From positions 184,946,001-185,010,000 of the forward strand of contig OZ024742.1 of assembly GCA_964016885.1 (NCBI GenBank): a stretch of 64,000 nt of DNA. The letters are read 5' to 3'. The translations under genes and the position numbers were made by a program. The stretch's first letter is position 1. Each line of letters begins with the position of its first letter. The notes under the pieces are model-generated. The model was given only the letters and a program-made list of their open reading frames with translations, ran no database searches and had not been told where the DNA came from. This stretch comes from Eledone cirrhosa. Taxonomy: Eukaryota. Below, in pieces: positions 35,961-49,000 of the stretch.

Positions 35961-38900
35961 TTAAGTTAAGTTGGGGTTAAATTAAGCTGGGTTTAAGTTA
36001 AGTTGGGGTTAAGTTAAGTTGGGGTTAAGTTAAGTTGGGGTTAAGTTAAGTTGAGGTTAAGTTAAGTTGGGGTTAAATTCAGTTGGGGTTAAGTTAAGTT
36101 GGGGTTAAGTTAATTTGGGGATAAGTTAAGTTGAGTTTAAGTTAAGTTGGAGTTGATTTAAGTTGAGGTTAAGTTAAGTTGTGGTAAAGTTAAGTTGGGG
36201 TTAAGTTAAGTTGGGGTTAAGTTAAGTTGGGGTTCAGTTAAGTTGGGGTTAAGTTAAGTAGGGGTTCAGTTGGGGTTAAATTAAGTTGGGGTTAAGTTAA
36301 GTTGGGGTTAAGTTAAGTTGGGGTTAAGTTAAGTTGGGGTTAAGTTAAGTTGGGGTTGAGTTAAGTTGGGGTTAAGTTAAGTCGGGGTTAAGTTAAGTTG
36401 GGGTTAAGTTAAGTTGGGGTTAAGTTAAGTTGGGGTTAAGTTAAGTTGGGGTTGAGTTAAGTTGGGGTTAAGTTAAGTTGGGTTTAAGTTAAGTTGGGGT
36501 TAAGTTAAGTTGGGGTTAAGTTAAGGTGGGGTTAAGTTAAGTTGGGGTTAAGTTAAGTCGGGGTTAAGTTAAGTTGGGGTGAAGTTAAGTTGGGGTTAAG
36601 TTAAGTTGGGGTTAAGTTAAGTTCGGGTTAAGATAAGTTGGGGTTAAGTTAAGTTGGGGTTGAGTTAAGTTCGGGTTGAGTTAATTTGGGGTTAAGTTAA
36701 GTTGGGGTTAACTTAAGTTGGGGTTAAGTTAAGTTGGCGTTCAGTTAAGTTGCGGTTAAGTTAAGTTGGGGTTAACTTAAGTCGGGTTTAAGTTAAGTTG
36801 GGGTTAAGTTAAGTTGGGGTCAAGTTAAGTTGGGGTTAAGTTAAGTTGGGGTTAAGTTAAGTTGGGGTTAAGTTAAGTTGGGGTTAAGTTAAGTTGGGGT
36901 TAAGTTAAGTTGGGGTCAAGTTAAGTTGGGGTTAAGTTAAGTTGGGGTTAAGTTAAGTTGGGGTTAAGTTAAGTCGCGGTTAAGTTAAGTTGGGGTTAAG
37001 TTAAGATGGGGTTAAGTTAAGTTGTGGTTAAGTTAAGTTGGGGTTAAGATAAGTTGGGGTTAAGTTAAGTTGCGGTTGAGTTAAGTTGGGGTTGAGTTAA
37101 TTGGGGTTAAGTTAAGTTGGGGTTAACTTAAGTTGGGTTTAAGTTAAGTTGGGGTTAAGTTAAGTTGGGGTTAAATTAAGTTGGGGTTATGATAAGTTGG
37201 GGTTAAGTTAAGTCGGGGTTAAGTTATGTCGGGGTTAAGTTAAGTTGGGGTTAAGTTAACTTGGTGTTAAGTTAAGTTGGGGTTCAGTTAAGTTGGGGTT
37301 GAGTTAAGTTGGGGGTCAAGTTAAGTTGGGGTTAAGCTAAGTTGGGGTTAAGTTAAGTTGGGGTTAAGTTAAGTTGGGGTTAATTTAAGTTTTGGTTAAG
37401 TTAAGTTGGGGCTGAGTTAAGTTGGGGTCAAGTTAAGTTGGGGTTGAGTTAAGAAGGGGTTAAGTTAACTTGGGGTTAAGTTAACTTGGGGTTAAGTTAA
37501 GTTGGGGTTAAGTTAAGTTGGGGTTAAGTTAAGTTGGGGTTAAGATAAGTTGGGGTTAAGTTAAGTTGGGGTTGAGTTAAGTTGGGGTTGAGTTAATTTG
37601 GGGTTAAGTTAAGTTGGGGTTAACTTAAGTTGGGGTTCAGTTAAGTTGGCGTTCAGTTAAGTTGCGGTGAAGTTAAGTTGGGGTTAACTTAAGTCGGGGT
37701 TAAGTTAAGTTGGGGTTAAGTTAAGTTGGGGTCAAGTTAAGTTGGGGTTAAGTTAAGTTGGGGTTATGTTAAGTTGGGGTTAAGTTAAGTTGGGGTTAAG
37801 TTAAGTTGGGGTCAACTTAAGTTGGGGCTAAGTTAAGTTGGGGTTAAGTTAAGTTGGGGCTAAGTTAAGTTGGAGTTAAGTTAAGTTGGGGTTAAATTAA
37901 GTTGGGGTCAACTTAAGTTGGGGTTAAGTTAAGTTGGGGTTAAGTTAATTTGGGGGTAAGTTAAGTTGGGGTTAAGTTAAGTTGGGGTTAAGTTAAGTTG
38001 GGGTTAAGTTAAGTTGGGGCTGAGTTAAATTGGGGCTGTGTTAAGTTGGGGTTAAGTTAAGTTGGGGTTAAGTTAAGTTGGGGTTAAGTTAAGTTGGGGT
38101 TAAGTTGGGGTTAAATTAAGTTGGGGTTAATTTAAGTTGGGGTTAAGTTAAGTTGGGTTTAGGTTAAGTTGGGGTTGAGTTAAGTTGGGGTTAAGTTAAG
38201 TTGGGGTTAATTTAAGTTGGGGTTAAGTTAAGTTGGGGCTGAGTTAAGTTGGGGTTAAGTTAAGTTGGGGTTGAGTTAAGTTGGGGTTAAGTTAAGTTGG
38301 AGTTAAGTTAAGTCGGGGTTAAGTTAAGTTGGGGTTAAGTTAAGTTGGGGTTAAGTTAAGTTGGGGTTAAGTTAAGTTGGGGTTAAGTTAAGTTGGGGTT
38401 AAGATAAGTTGGGGTTAAGTTAAGTTGGGGTTGAGTTAAGTTGGGGTTGAGTTAATTTGGGGTTAAGTTAAGTTGGGGTTAACTTAAGTTGGGGTTCAGT
38501 TAAGTTGGCGTTCAGTTAAGTTGCGGTGAAGTTAAGTTGGGGTTAACTTAAGTCGGGGTTAAGTTAAGTTGGGGTTAAGTTAAGTTGGGGTCAAGTTACG
38601 TTGGGGTTAAGTTAAGTTGGGGTTATGTTAAGTTGGGGTTAAGTTAAGTTGGGGTTAAGTTAAGTCGGGGTTAAGTTAAGTTGGGGTTAAGTTAAGTTGG
38701 GGATAAGTTAAGTTGGGGTCAAGTTAAGTTGGGGTTAAGTTAAGTTGGAGTTAAGTTAAGTCCCGGTTAAGTTAAGTTGGGGTTAAGTTAAGATGGGGTT
38801 AAGTTAAGTTGGGGTTAAGTTAAGTTGGGGTTGAGTTAAGTTGGGGTTGAGTTAATTGGGGTTAAGTTAAGTTGGGGTTAACTTAAGTTGGGTTTAAGTT

Positions 38901-41900
38901 AAGTTGGGGTTAAGTTAAGTTGGGGTTAAATTAAGTTGGGGTTAAGATAAGTTGGGGTTAAGTTAAGTCGGGGTTAAGTTAAGTCGGGGTTAAGTTAAGT
39001 TGGGGTTAAGTTAACTTGGTGTTAAGTTAAGTTGGGGCTCAGTTAAGTTGGGGTTGAGTTAAGTTGGGGTCAATTTAAGTTGGGACTAAGCTAAGTTGGG
39101 GTTAAGTTAAGTTGGGGTTAAGTTAAGTTGGCGCTAAGTTTAGTGAAGGTTAAGTTAAGTTGGGGTTGAGTTAAGTTGGGGTTAAGTTAAGTTGGGGTTA
39201 AGTTAAGTTAGGGTTAAGTTAAGCTTGGGTTAAGTTAAGTTGGGGTTGAGTTAATTTGGGGTTGAGTTAAGTTGGGGTTGAGTTAAGTTGGGGTTGAGTT
39301 AAGTTGGGGTTAAGTTAAGTTGGGGTTAACTTAAGTTGGTGTTAAGTTAAGTTGGGGTCAATTTAAGTTGAGGTTAAGTTAACTTGGGATCAAGTTAAGT
39401 TGGGGTTAACTTAAATTGAGGTTAAGATAAGTTGGGGTTAAGTTAAGTTGGGGGTAAGTTAAGTTGGGGGTAAGTTAAGTTTGGGTTAAGTTGGGGTTAA
39501 GTTAAGTTAGGGTTAAGTTACGTTGGGGTTGAGTTAAGTTGGGGTTAATTTAAATTGGGGTTAAGTTAACTTTGTGGTTCAGTTAAGTTGGGGTTAAGTT
39601 AAGTTGGGGCTTATTTAAGTTGGGGTTAAGTTAAGTTGTGGTTAAGTTAAGTTGGGGTTAAGTTAAGTTGGGGTTAAGTTAAGTTGGGGTTAAGTTAAGT
39701 TGGGGTTAAATTAAGCTGGGTTGAAGTTAAGTTGGGGTTAAGTTAAGTTGGGGTTAAGTTAAGTTGGGGTTAAGTTAAGTTGGGGTTAAGTTAAGTCGGG
39801 GTTAAGTTAATTTGGGGTTCAGTTAAGTTGGGGTTAAGTTAAGTTGGGGCTTATTTAAGTTGGGGTTAAGTTAAGTTGTGGTTAAGTTAAGTTGGGGTTA
39901 AGTTAAGTCGGGGTTAAGTTAAGTCGGGGTTAAGTTAAGTTGTGGTTAAGTTAAGTTGGGGTTAAGTTAAGTTGGGGTTAAGTTAAGTTAGGGATAAGCT
40001 AAGTTGGCGTTAAGTTAAGTTGGGGTTAAGTTAAGTTGGGGTTAAGTTAAGTTGTGGTTAAGTTAAGTTGGGGCTGAGTTAAGTTGGGGTCAAGTTAAGT
40101 TGGGGTTGAGTTAAGTTGGGGTTAAGTTAACTTGGGGTTAATTTAAGTTGGGGTTAAGTCAAATTGGGTTTGAGTTAAGTTAGGGTTAAGTTAAGTTGGG
40201 GTTAAGTTAAGTTGGGGTTAAGTTAAGTTGGGGTTAAATTAAGCTGGGTTTAAGTTAAGTTGGGGTTAAGTTAAGTTGGGGTTAAGTTAAGTTGGGGTTA
40301 AGTTAAGTTGAGGTTAAGTTAAGTTGGGGTTAAATTCAGTTGGGGTTAAGTTAAGTTGGGGTTAAGTTAATTTGGGGATAAGTTAAGTTGAGTTTAAGTT
40401 AAGTTGGAGTTGATTTAAGTTGAGGTTAAGTTAAGTTGTGGTAAAGTTAAGTTGGGGTTAAGTTAAGTTGGGGTTAAGTTAAGTTGGGGTTCAGTTAAGT
40501 TGGGGTTAAGTTAAGTAGGGGTTCAGTTGGGGTTAAATTAAGTTGGGGTTAAGTTAAGTTGGGGTTAAGTTAAGTTGGGGTTAAGTTAAGTTGGGGTTAA
40601 GTTAAGTTGGGGTTGAGTTAAGTTGGGGTTAAGTTAAGTCGGGGTTAAGTTAAGTTGGGGTTAAGTTAAGTTGGGGTTAAGTTAAGTTGGGGTTAAGTTA
40701 AGTTGGGGTTGAGTTAAGTTGGGGTTAAGTTAAGTTGGGTTTAAGTTAAGTTGGGGTTAAGTTAAGTTGGGGTTAAGTTAAGGTGGGGTTAAGTTAAGTT
40801 GGGGTTAAGTTAAGTCGGGGTTAAGTTAAGTTGGGGTGAAGTTAAGTTGGGGTTAAGTTAAGTTGGGGTTAAGTTAAGTTCGGGTTAAGATAAGTTGGGG
40901 TTAAGTTAAGTTGGGGTTGAGTTAAGTTCGGGTTGAGTTAATTTGGGGTTAAGTTAAGTTGGGGTTAACTTAAGTTGGGGTTAAGTTAAGTTGGCGTTCA
41001 GTTAAGTTGCGGTTAAGTTAAGTTGGGGTTAACTTAAGTCGGGTTTAAGTTAAGTTGGGGTTAAGTTAAGTTGGGGTCAAGTTAAGTTGGGGTTAAGTTA
41101 AGTTGGGGTTAAGTTAAGTTGGGGTTAAGTTAAGTTGGGGTTAAGTTAAGTTGGGGTTAAGTTAAGTTGGGGTCAAGTTAAGTTGGGGTTAAGTTAAGTT
41201 GGGGTTAAGTTAAGTTGGGGTTAAGTTAAGTCGCGGTTAAGTTAAGTTGGGGTTAAGTTAAGATGGGGTTAAGTTAAGTTGTGGTTAAGTTAAGTTGGGG
41301 TTAAGATAAGTTGGGGTTAAGTTAAGTTGCGGTTGAGTTAAGTTGGGGTTGAGTTAATTGGGGTTAAGTTAAGTTGGGGTTAACTTAAGTTGGGTTTAAG
41401 TTAAGTTGGGGTTAAGTTAAGTTGGGGTTAAATTAAGTTGGGGTTATGATAAGTTGGGGTTAAGTTAAGTCGGGGTTAAGTTATGTCGGGGTTAAGTTAA
41501 GTTGGGGTTAAGTTAACTTGGTGTTAAGTTAAGTTGGGGTTCAGTTAAGTTGGGGTTGAGTTAAGTTGGGGGTCAAGTTAAGTTGGGGTTAAGCTAAGTT
41601 GGGGTTAAGTTAAGTTGGGGTTAAGTTAAGTTGGGGTTAATTTAAGTTTTGGTTAAGTTAAGTTGGGGCTGAGTTAAGTTGGGGTCAAGTTAAGTTGGGG
41701 TTGAGTTAAGAAGGGGTTAAGTTAACTTGGGGTTAAGTTAACTTGGGGTTAAGTTAAGTTGGGGTTAAGTTAAGTTGGGGTTAAGTTAAGTTGGGGTTAA
41801 GATAAGTTGGGGTTAAGTTAAGTTGGGGTTGAGTTAAGTTGGGGTTGAGTTAATTTGGGGTTAAGTTAAGTTGGGGTTAACTTAAGTTGGGGTTCAGTTA

Positions 41901-42064
41901 AGTTGGCGTTCAGTTAAGTTGCGGTGAAGTTAAGTTGGGGTTAACTTAAGTCGGGGTTAAGTTAAGTTGGGGTTAAGTTAAGTTGGGGTCAAGTTAAGTT
42001 GGGGTTAAGTTAAGTTGGGGTTATGTTAAGTTGGGGTTAAGTTAAGTTGGGGTTAAGTTAAGTC
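33551..42064 (+). repeat. Tandem higher-order repeat, 2 copies, period 4,257 bp
   Basis: The offset is a constant 4257 for ggggtcaac 33551/37808, the ACG of caagttACG 34341/38598, ccc 34505/38762, gggatc 35129/39386 and aagaagggg 37451/41708. Confidence 0.93.
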
Positions 42065-43069
42065 GGGGTTAAGTTAAGTTGGGGTTAAGTTAAGTTGGGG
42101 TTAAGTTAAGTTGGGGTCAAGTTAAGTTGGGGTTAAGTTAAGTTGGGGTTAAGTTAAGTCGCGGTTAAGTTAAGTTGGGGTTAAGTTAAGATGGGGTTAA
42201 GTTAAGTTGGGGTTAAGTTAAGTTGGGGTTAAGATAAGTTGGGGTTAATTTAAGTTGGGGTTGAGTTAAGTTGGGGTTGAGTTAATTGGGGTTAAGTTAA
42301 GTTGGGGTTAACTTAAGTTGGGTTTAAGTTAAGTTGGGGTTAAGTTAAGTTGGGGTTAAATTAAGTTGGGGTTAAGATAAGTTGGGGTTAAGTTAAGTCG
42401 GTGTTAAGTTAAGTCGGGGTTAAGTTAAGTTCGGGTTAAGTTAACTTGCTGTTAAGTTAAGTTGGGGCTCAGTTAAGTTGGGGTTGAGTTAAGTTGGGGT
42501 CAAGTTAAGTTGGGACTAAGCTAAGTTGGGGTTAAGTTAAGTTGGGGTTAAGTTAAGTTGGCGCTAAGTTAAGTGAAGGTTAAGTTAAGTTGGGGTTGAG
42601 TTAAGTTGGGGTTAAGTTAAGTTGGGGTTGAGTTAAGTTGGGGTTGAGTTAAGTTGGGGTTGAGTTAAGTTGGGGTTACGTTAAGTTGGGGTTAAGTTAA
42701 GTTGGGGTTAAGTTAAGTTTAGGTTAACTTAAGTTGGGGTTAAGTTAAGTTGGGGTTAAGTTAAGTTGGGGCTAAGTTAAGTTGGGGCTTATTTAAGTTG
42801 GGGTTAAGTTAAGTTGTGGTTAAGTTAAGTTGGGGTTAAGTTAAGTTGGGGTTAAGTTAAGTTGGGGTTAAGTTAAGTTGGGGTTAAATTAAGCTGGGTT
42901 GAAGTTAAGTTGGGGTTAAGTTAAGTTGGGGTTAAGTTAAGTTGGGGTTAAGTTAAGTTGGGGTTAAGTTAAGTCGGGGTTAAGTTAATTTGGGGTTCAG
43001 TTAAGTTGGGGTTAAGTTAAGTTGGGGCTTATTTAAGTTGGGGTTAAGTTAAGTTGTGGTTAAGTTAAG

Positions 43070-46000
43070 TTGGGGTTAAGTTAAGTCGGGGTTAAGTTAA
43101 GTCGGGGTTAAGTTAAGTTGTGGTTAAGTTAAGTTGGGGTTAAGTTAAGTTGGGGTTAAGTTAAGTTAGGGATAAGCTAAGTTGGCGTTAAGTTAAGTTG
43201 GGGTTAAGTTAAGTTGGGGTTAAGTTAAGTTGAGGTTAAGTTAAGTTGGGGTTAAATTCAGTTGGGGTTAACTTAAGTTGGGGTTAAGTTAAGTTGGGGT
43301 TAAGTTAAGTTGAGTTTAAGTTAAGTTGGAGTTAATTTAAGTTGAGGTTAAGTTAAGTTGTGGTAAAGTTAAGTTGGGGTTAAGTTAAGTTGGGGTTAAG
43401 TTAAGTTGGGGTTCAGTTAAGTTGGGGTTAAGTTAAGTAGGGGTTCAGTTGGGGTTAAATTAAGTTGGGGTTAAGTTAAGTTGGGGTTAAGTTAAGTTGG
43501 GGTTAAGTTAAGTTGGGGTTAAGTTAAGTTGGGGTTAAGTTAAGTTGGGGTTGAGTTAAGTTGGGGTTAAGTTAAGTCGGGGTTAAGTTAAGTTGGGGTT
43601 AAGTTAAGTTGGGGTTAAGTTAAGTTGGGGTTAAGTTAAGTTGGGGTTGAGTTAAGTTGGGGTTAAGTTAAGTTGGGGTTGAGTTAAGTTGGGGTTGAGT
43701 TAATTTGGGGTTAAGTTAAGTTGGGGTTAACTTAAGTTGGGGTTAAGTTAAGTTGGCGTTCAGTTAAGTTGCGGTTAAGTTAAGTTGGGGTTAACTTAAG
43801 TCGGGTTTAAGTTAAGTTGGGGTTAAGTTAAGTTGGGGTCAAGTTAAGTTGGGGTTAAGTTAAGTTGGGGTTAAGTTAAGTTGGGGTTAAGTTAAGTCGG
43901 GGTTACGTTAAGTTGGGGTTAAGTTAAGTTGGGGTTAAGTTAAGTTGGGGTCAAGTTAAGTTGGGGTTAAGTTAAGTTGGGGTTAAGTTAAGTTGGGGTT
44001 AAGTTAAGTCGCGGTTAAGTTAAGTTGGGGTTAAGTTAAGATGGGGTTAAGTTAAGTTGTGGTTAAGTTAAGTTGGGGTTAAGATAAGTTGGGGTTAAGT
44101 TAAGTTGCGGTTGAGTTAAGTTGGGGTTGAGTTAATTGGGGTTAAGTTAAGTTGGGGTTAACTTAAGTTGGGTTTAAGTTAAGTTGGGGTTAAGTTAAGT
44201 TGGGGTTAAATTAAGTTGGGGTTATGATAAGTTGGGGTTAAGTTAAGTCGGGGTTAAGTTATGTCGGGGTTAAGTTAAGTTGGGGTTAAGTTAACTTGGT
44301 GTTAAGTTAAGTTGGGGTTCAGTTAAGTTGGGGTTGAGTTAAGTTGGGGGTCAAGTTAAGTTGGGGTTAAGCTAAGTTGGGGTTAAGGTAAGTTGGGGTT
44401 AAGTTAAGTTGCGGTTAAGTTAAGTTGGGGTTAACTTAAGTCGGGGTTAAGTTAAGTTGGGGTTAAGTTAAGTTGGGGTCAAATTAAGTTGGGGTTAAGT
44501 TAAGTTGGGGTTAAGTTAAGTTGGGGTTAAGTTAAGTCGGGGTTAAGTTAAGTTGGGGTTAAGTTAAGTTGGGGTTAAGTTAAGTTGGGGTCAAGTTAAG
44601 TTGGGGTTAAGTTAAGTTGGGGTTAAGTTAAGTTGGGGTTAAGTTAAGTCGCGGTTAGTTAAGTTGGGGTTAAGTTAAGATGGGGTTAAGTTAAGTTGTG
44701 GTTAAGTTAAGTTGGGGTTAAGATAAGTTGGGGTTAAGTTAAGTTGCGGTTGAGTTAAGTTAGGTTTGAGTTAATTGGGGTTAAGTTAAGTTGGGGCTAA
44801 GTTAAGTTGGGGCTAAGTTAAGTTGGGGCTAAGTTAAGTTGGGGTTAAGTTAAGGTGGGGTTTAGTTAAGTTGGGGTTGAGTTAAGTTGGGGTTGAGTTA
44901 AGTTGGGGTTAAGTTAAGTTGGGGTTAAGTTAAGTTAGGGTTAACTTAAGTTGGGGTTAAGTTAAGTTTAGGTTAACTTAAGTTGGGGTTAAGTTAAGTT
45001 GGGGTTAAGTTAAGTTGGGGCTAAGTTAAGTTGGGGCTAAGTTAAGTTGGGGCTAAGTTAAGTTGGGGTTAAGTTAAGGTGGGGTTTAGTTAAGTTGGGG
45101 TTGAGTTAAGTTGGGGTTGAGTTAAGTTAGGGTTAAGTTAAGTTGGGGTTAAGTTAAGTTAGGGTTAACTTAAGTTGGGGTTAAGTTAAGTTGGGGTTGA
45201 GTTAAGTTGGGGTTTAATTAAGTTGGGGTTGAGTTAAGTTGGGGTTGAGTTAAGTTGGGCTTGAGTTAAGTTGGGGTTGAGTTAAGTTGGGCTTATCTTA
45301 AGTTGGGGTTAATTTAAGATGGGGTTAAGTTAAGTTGGGGTTAAGTTAATTTGGGGTTAAGTTAAGTTGGGGTTAAGTTAAGTTGGGGTTATGTTAAGTT
45401 GGGGTTAAGTTAAGTTGAGGTTAACTTAAGTTGGGGTTAAGTTAAGTTGGGGTTAAGTTAAGTTGGGGCTAAGTTAAGTCGGGGCTAAGTTAAGTTGGGG
45501 TTAAGTTAAGTTGGGGTTAAGTTAAGTTGGGGTCAACTTAAGTTGGGGCTAAGTTAATTTGGGGGTAAGTTATGTTGGGGTTAAGTTAAGTTGGGGTTAA
45601 GTTAAGTTGGGGTTAAGTTAAGTTGGGGCTGAGTTAAATTGGGGCTGTGTTAAGTTGGGGTTAAGTTAAGTTGGGGTTAAGTTAAGTTGGGGTTAAGTTA
45701 AGTTGGGGTTAAGTTGGGGTTAAATTAAGTTGGGGTTAATTTAAGTTGGGGTTAAGTTAAGTTGGGTTTAGGTTAAGTTGGGGTTGAGTTAAGTTGGGGT
45801 TAAGTTAAGTTGGGGTTAATTTAAGTTGGGGTTAAGTTAAGTTGGGGCTGAGTTAAGTTGGGGTTAAGTTAAGTTGGGGTTGAGTTAAGTTGGGGTTAAG
45901 TTAAGTTGGAGTTAAGTTAAGTCGGGATTAAGTTAAGTTGGGGTTAAGTTAAGTTGGGGTTAAGTTAAGTTGGGGTTAAGTTAAGTTGGGGTTAAGATAA

Positions 46001-49000
46001 GTTGGGGTTAAGTTAAGTTGGGGTTGAGTTAAGTTGGGGTTGAGTTAATTTGGGGTTAAGTTAAGTTGGGGTTAACTTAAGTTGGGGTTCAGTTAAGTTG
46101 GCGTTCAGTTAAGTTGCGGTGAAGTTAAGTTGGGGTTAACTTAAGTCGGGGTTAAGTTAAGTTGGGGTTAAGTTAAGTTGGGGTCAAGTTAAGTTGGGGT
46201 TAAGTTAAGTTGGGGTTATGTTAAGTTGGGGTTAAGTTAAGTTGGGGTTAAGTTAAGTCGGGGTTAAGTTAAGTTGGGGTTAAGTTAAGTTGGGGATAAG
46301 TTAAGTTGGGGTCAAGTTAAGTTGGGGTTAAGTTAAGTTGGGGTTAAGTTAAGTCGCGGTTAATTTAAGTTGGGGTTAAGTTAAGATGGGGTTAAGTTAA
46401 GTTGGGGTTAAGTTAAGTTGGGGTTAAGATAAGTTGGGGTTAAGTTAAGTTGGGGTTGAGTTAATTGGGGTTAAGTTAAGTTGGGGTTAAGTTAACTTGG
46501 TGTTAAGTTAAGTTGGGGCTCAGTTAAGTTGGGGTTGAGTTAAGTTGGGGTCAATTTAAGTTGGGACTAAGCTAAGTTGGGGTTAAGTTAAGTTGGGGTT
46601 AAGTTAAGTTGGCGCTAAGTTTAGTGAAGGTTAAGTTAAGTTGGGGTTGAGTTAAGTTGGGGTTAAGTTAAGTTGGGGTTAAGTTAAGTTAGGGTTAAGT
46701 TAAGCTTGGGTTAAGTTAAGTTGGGGTTGAGTTAATTTGGGGTTGAGTTAAGTTGGGGTTGAGTTAAGTTGGGGTTGAGTTAAGTTGGGGTTAAGTTAAG
46801 TTGGGGTTAACTTAAGTTGGTGTTAAGTTAAGTTGGGGTCAATTTAAGTTGAGGTTAAGTTAACTTGGGATTAAGTTAAGTTGGGGTTAACTTAAATTGA
46901 GGTTAAGATAAGTTGGGGTTAAGTTAAGTTGGGGGTAAGTTAAGTTGGGGGTAAGTTAAGTTTGGGTTAAGTTGGGGTTAAGTTAAGTTAGGGTTAAGTT
47001 ACGTTGGGGTTGAGTTAAGTTGGGGTTAATTTAAATTGGGGTTAAGTTAAATTTGTGGTTCAGTTAAGTTGGGGTTAAGTTAAGTTGGGGCTTATTTAAG
47101 TTGGGGTTAAGTTAAGTTGTGGTTAAGTTAAGTTGGGGTTAAGTTAAGTTGGGGTTAAGTTAAGTTGGGGTTAAGTTAAGTTGGGGTTAAATTAAGCTGG
47201 GTTGAAGTTAAGTTGGGGTTAAGTTAAGTTGGGGTTAAGTTAAGTTGGGGTTAAGTTAAGTTGGGGTTAAGTTAAGTCGGGGTTAAGTTAATTTGAGGTT
47301 CAGTTAAGTTGGGGTTAAGTTAAGTTTGGGCTTATTTAAGTTGGGGTTAAGTTAAGTTGTGGTTAAGTTAAGTTGGGGTTAAGTTAAGTCGGGGTTAAGT
47401 TAAGTCGGGGTTAAGTTAAGTTGTGGTTAAGTTAAGTTGGGGTTAAGTTAAGTTGGGGTTAAGTTAAGTTAGGGATAAGCTAAGTTGGCGTTAAGTTAAG
47501 TTGGGGTTAAGTTAAGTTGGGGTTAAGTTAAGTTGTGGTTAAGTTAAGTTGGGGCTGAGTTAAGTTGGGGTCAAGTTAAGTTGGGGTTGAGTTAAGTTGG
47601 GGTTAAGTTAACTTGGGGTTAATTTAAGTTGGGGTTAAGTCAAATTGGGTTTGAGTTAAGTTAGGGTTAAGTTAAGTTGGGGTTAAGTTAAGTTGGGGTT
47701 AAGTTAAGTTGGGGTTAAGTTAAGTTGGGGTTAAATTAAGCTGGGTTTAAGTTAAGTTGGGGTTAAGTTAAGTTGGGGTTAAGTTAAGTTGGGGTTAAGT
47801 TAAGTTGAGGTTAAGTTAGGTTGGGGTTAAATTCAGTTGGGGTTAAGTTAAGTTGGGGTTAAGTTAATTTGGGGATAAGTTAAGTTGAGTTTAAGTTAAG
47901 TTGGAGTTGATTTAAGTTGAGGTTAAGTTAAGTTGTGGTAAAGTTAAGTTGGGGTTAAGTTAAGTTGGGGTTAAGTTAAGTTGGGGTTCAGTTAAGTTGG
48001 GGTTAAGTTAAGTAGGGGTTCAGTTGGGGTGAAATTAATTTGGGGTTAAGTTAAGTTGGGGTTAAGTTAAGTTGGGGTTAAGTTAAGTTGGGGTTAAGTT
48101 AAGTTGGGGTTGAGTTAAGTTGGGGTTAAGTTAAGTCGGGGTTAAGTTAAGTTGGGGTTAAGTTAAGTTGGGGTTAAGTTAAGTTGGGGTTAAATTAAGT
48201 TGGGGTTGAGTTAAGTTGGGGTTAAGTTAAGTTGGGTTTAAGTTAAGTTGGGGTTAAGTTAAGTTGGGGTTAAGTTAAGGTGGGGTTAAGTTAAGTTGGG
48301 GTTAAGTTAAGTCGGGGTTAAGTTAAGTTGGGGTGAAGTTAAGTTGGGGTTAAGTTAAGTTGGGGTTAAGTTAAGTTCGGGTTAAGATAAGTTGGGGTTA
48401 AGTTAAGTTGGGGTTGAGTTAAGTTGGGGTTGAGTTAATTTGGGGTTAAGTTAAGTTGGGGTTAACTTAAGTTGGGGTTAAGTTAAGTTGGCGTTCAGTT
48501 AAGTTGCGGTTAAGTTAAGTTGGGGTTAACTTAAGTCGGGTTTAAGTTAAGTTGGGGTTAAGTTAAGTTGGGGTCAAGTTAAGTTGGGGTTAAGTTAAGT
48601 TGGGGTTAAGTTAAGTTGGGGTTAAGTTAAGTCGGGGTTAAGTTAAGTTGGGGTTAAGTTAAGTTGGGGTTAAGTTAAGTTGGGGTCAAGTTAAGTTGGG
48701 GTTAAGTTAAGTTGGGGTTCAGTTAAGTTGGGGTTAAGTTAAGTCGCGGTTAAGTTAAGTTGGGGTTAAGTTAAGATGGGGTTAAGTTAAGTTGTGGTTA
48801 AGTTAAGTTTGGGTTAAGATAAGTTGGGGTTAAGTTAAGTTGCGGTTGAGTTAAGTTGGGGTTGAGTTAATTGGGGTTAAGTTAAGTTGGGGTTAACTTA
48901 AGTTGGGTTTAAGTTAAGTTGGGGTTAAGTTAAGTTGGGGTTAAATTAAGTTGGGGTTATGATAAGTTGGGGTTAAGTTAAGTCGGGGTTAAGTTATGTC

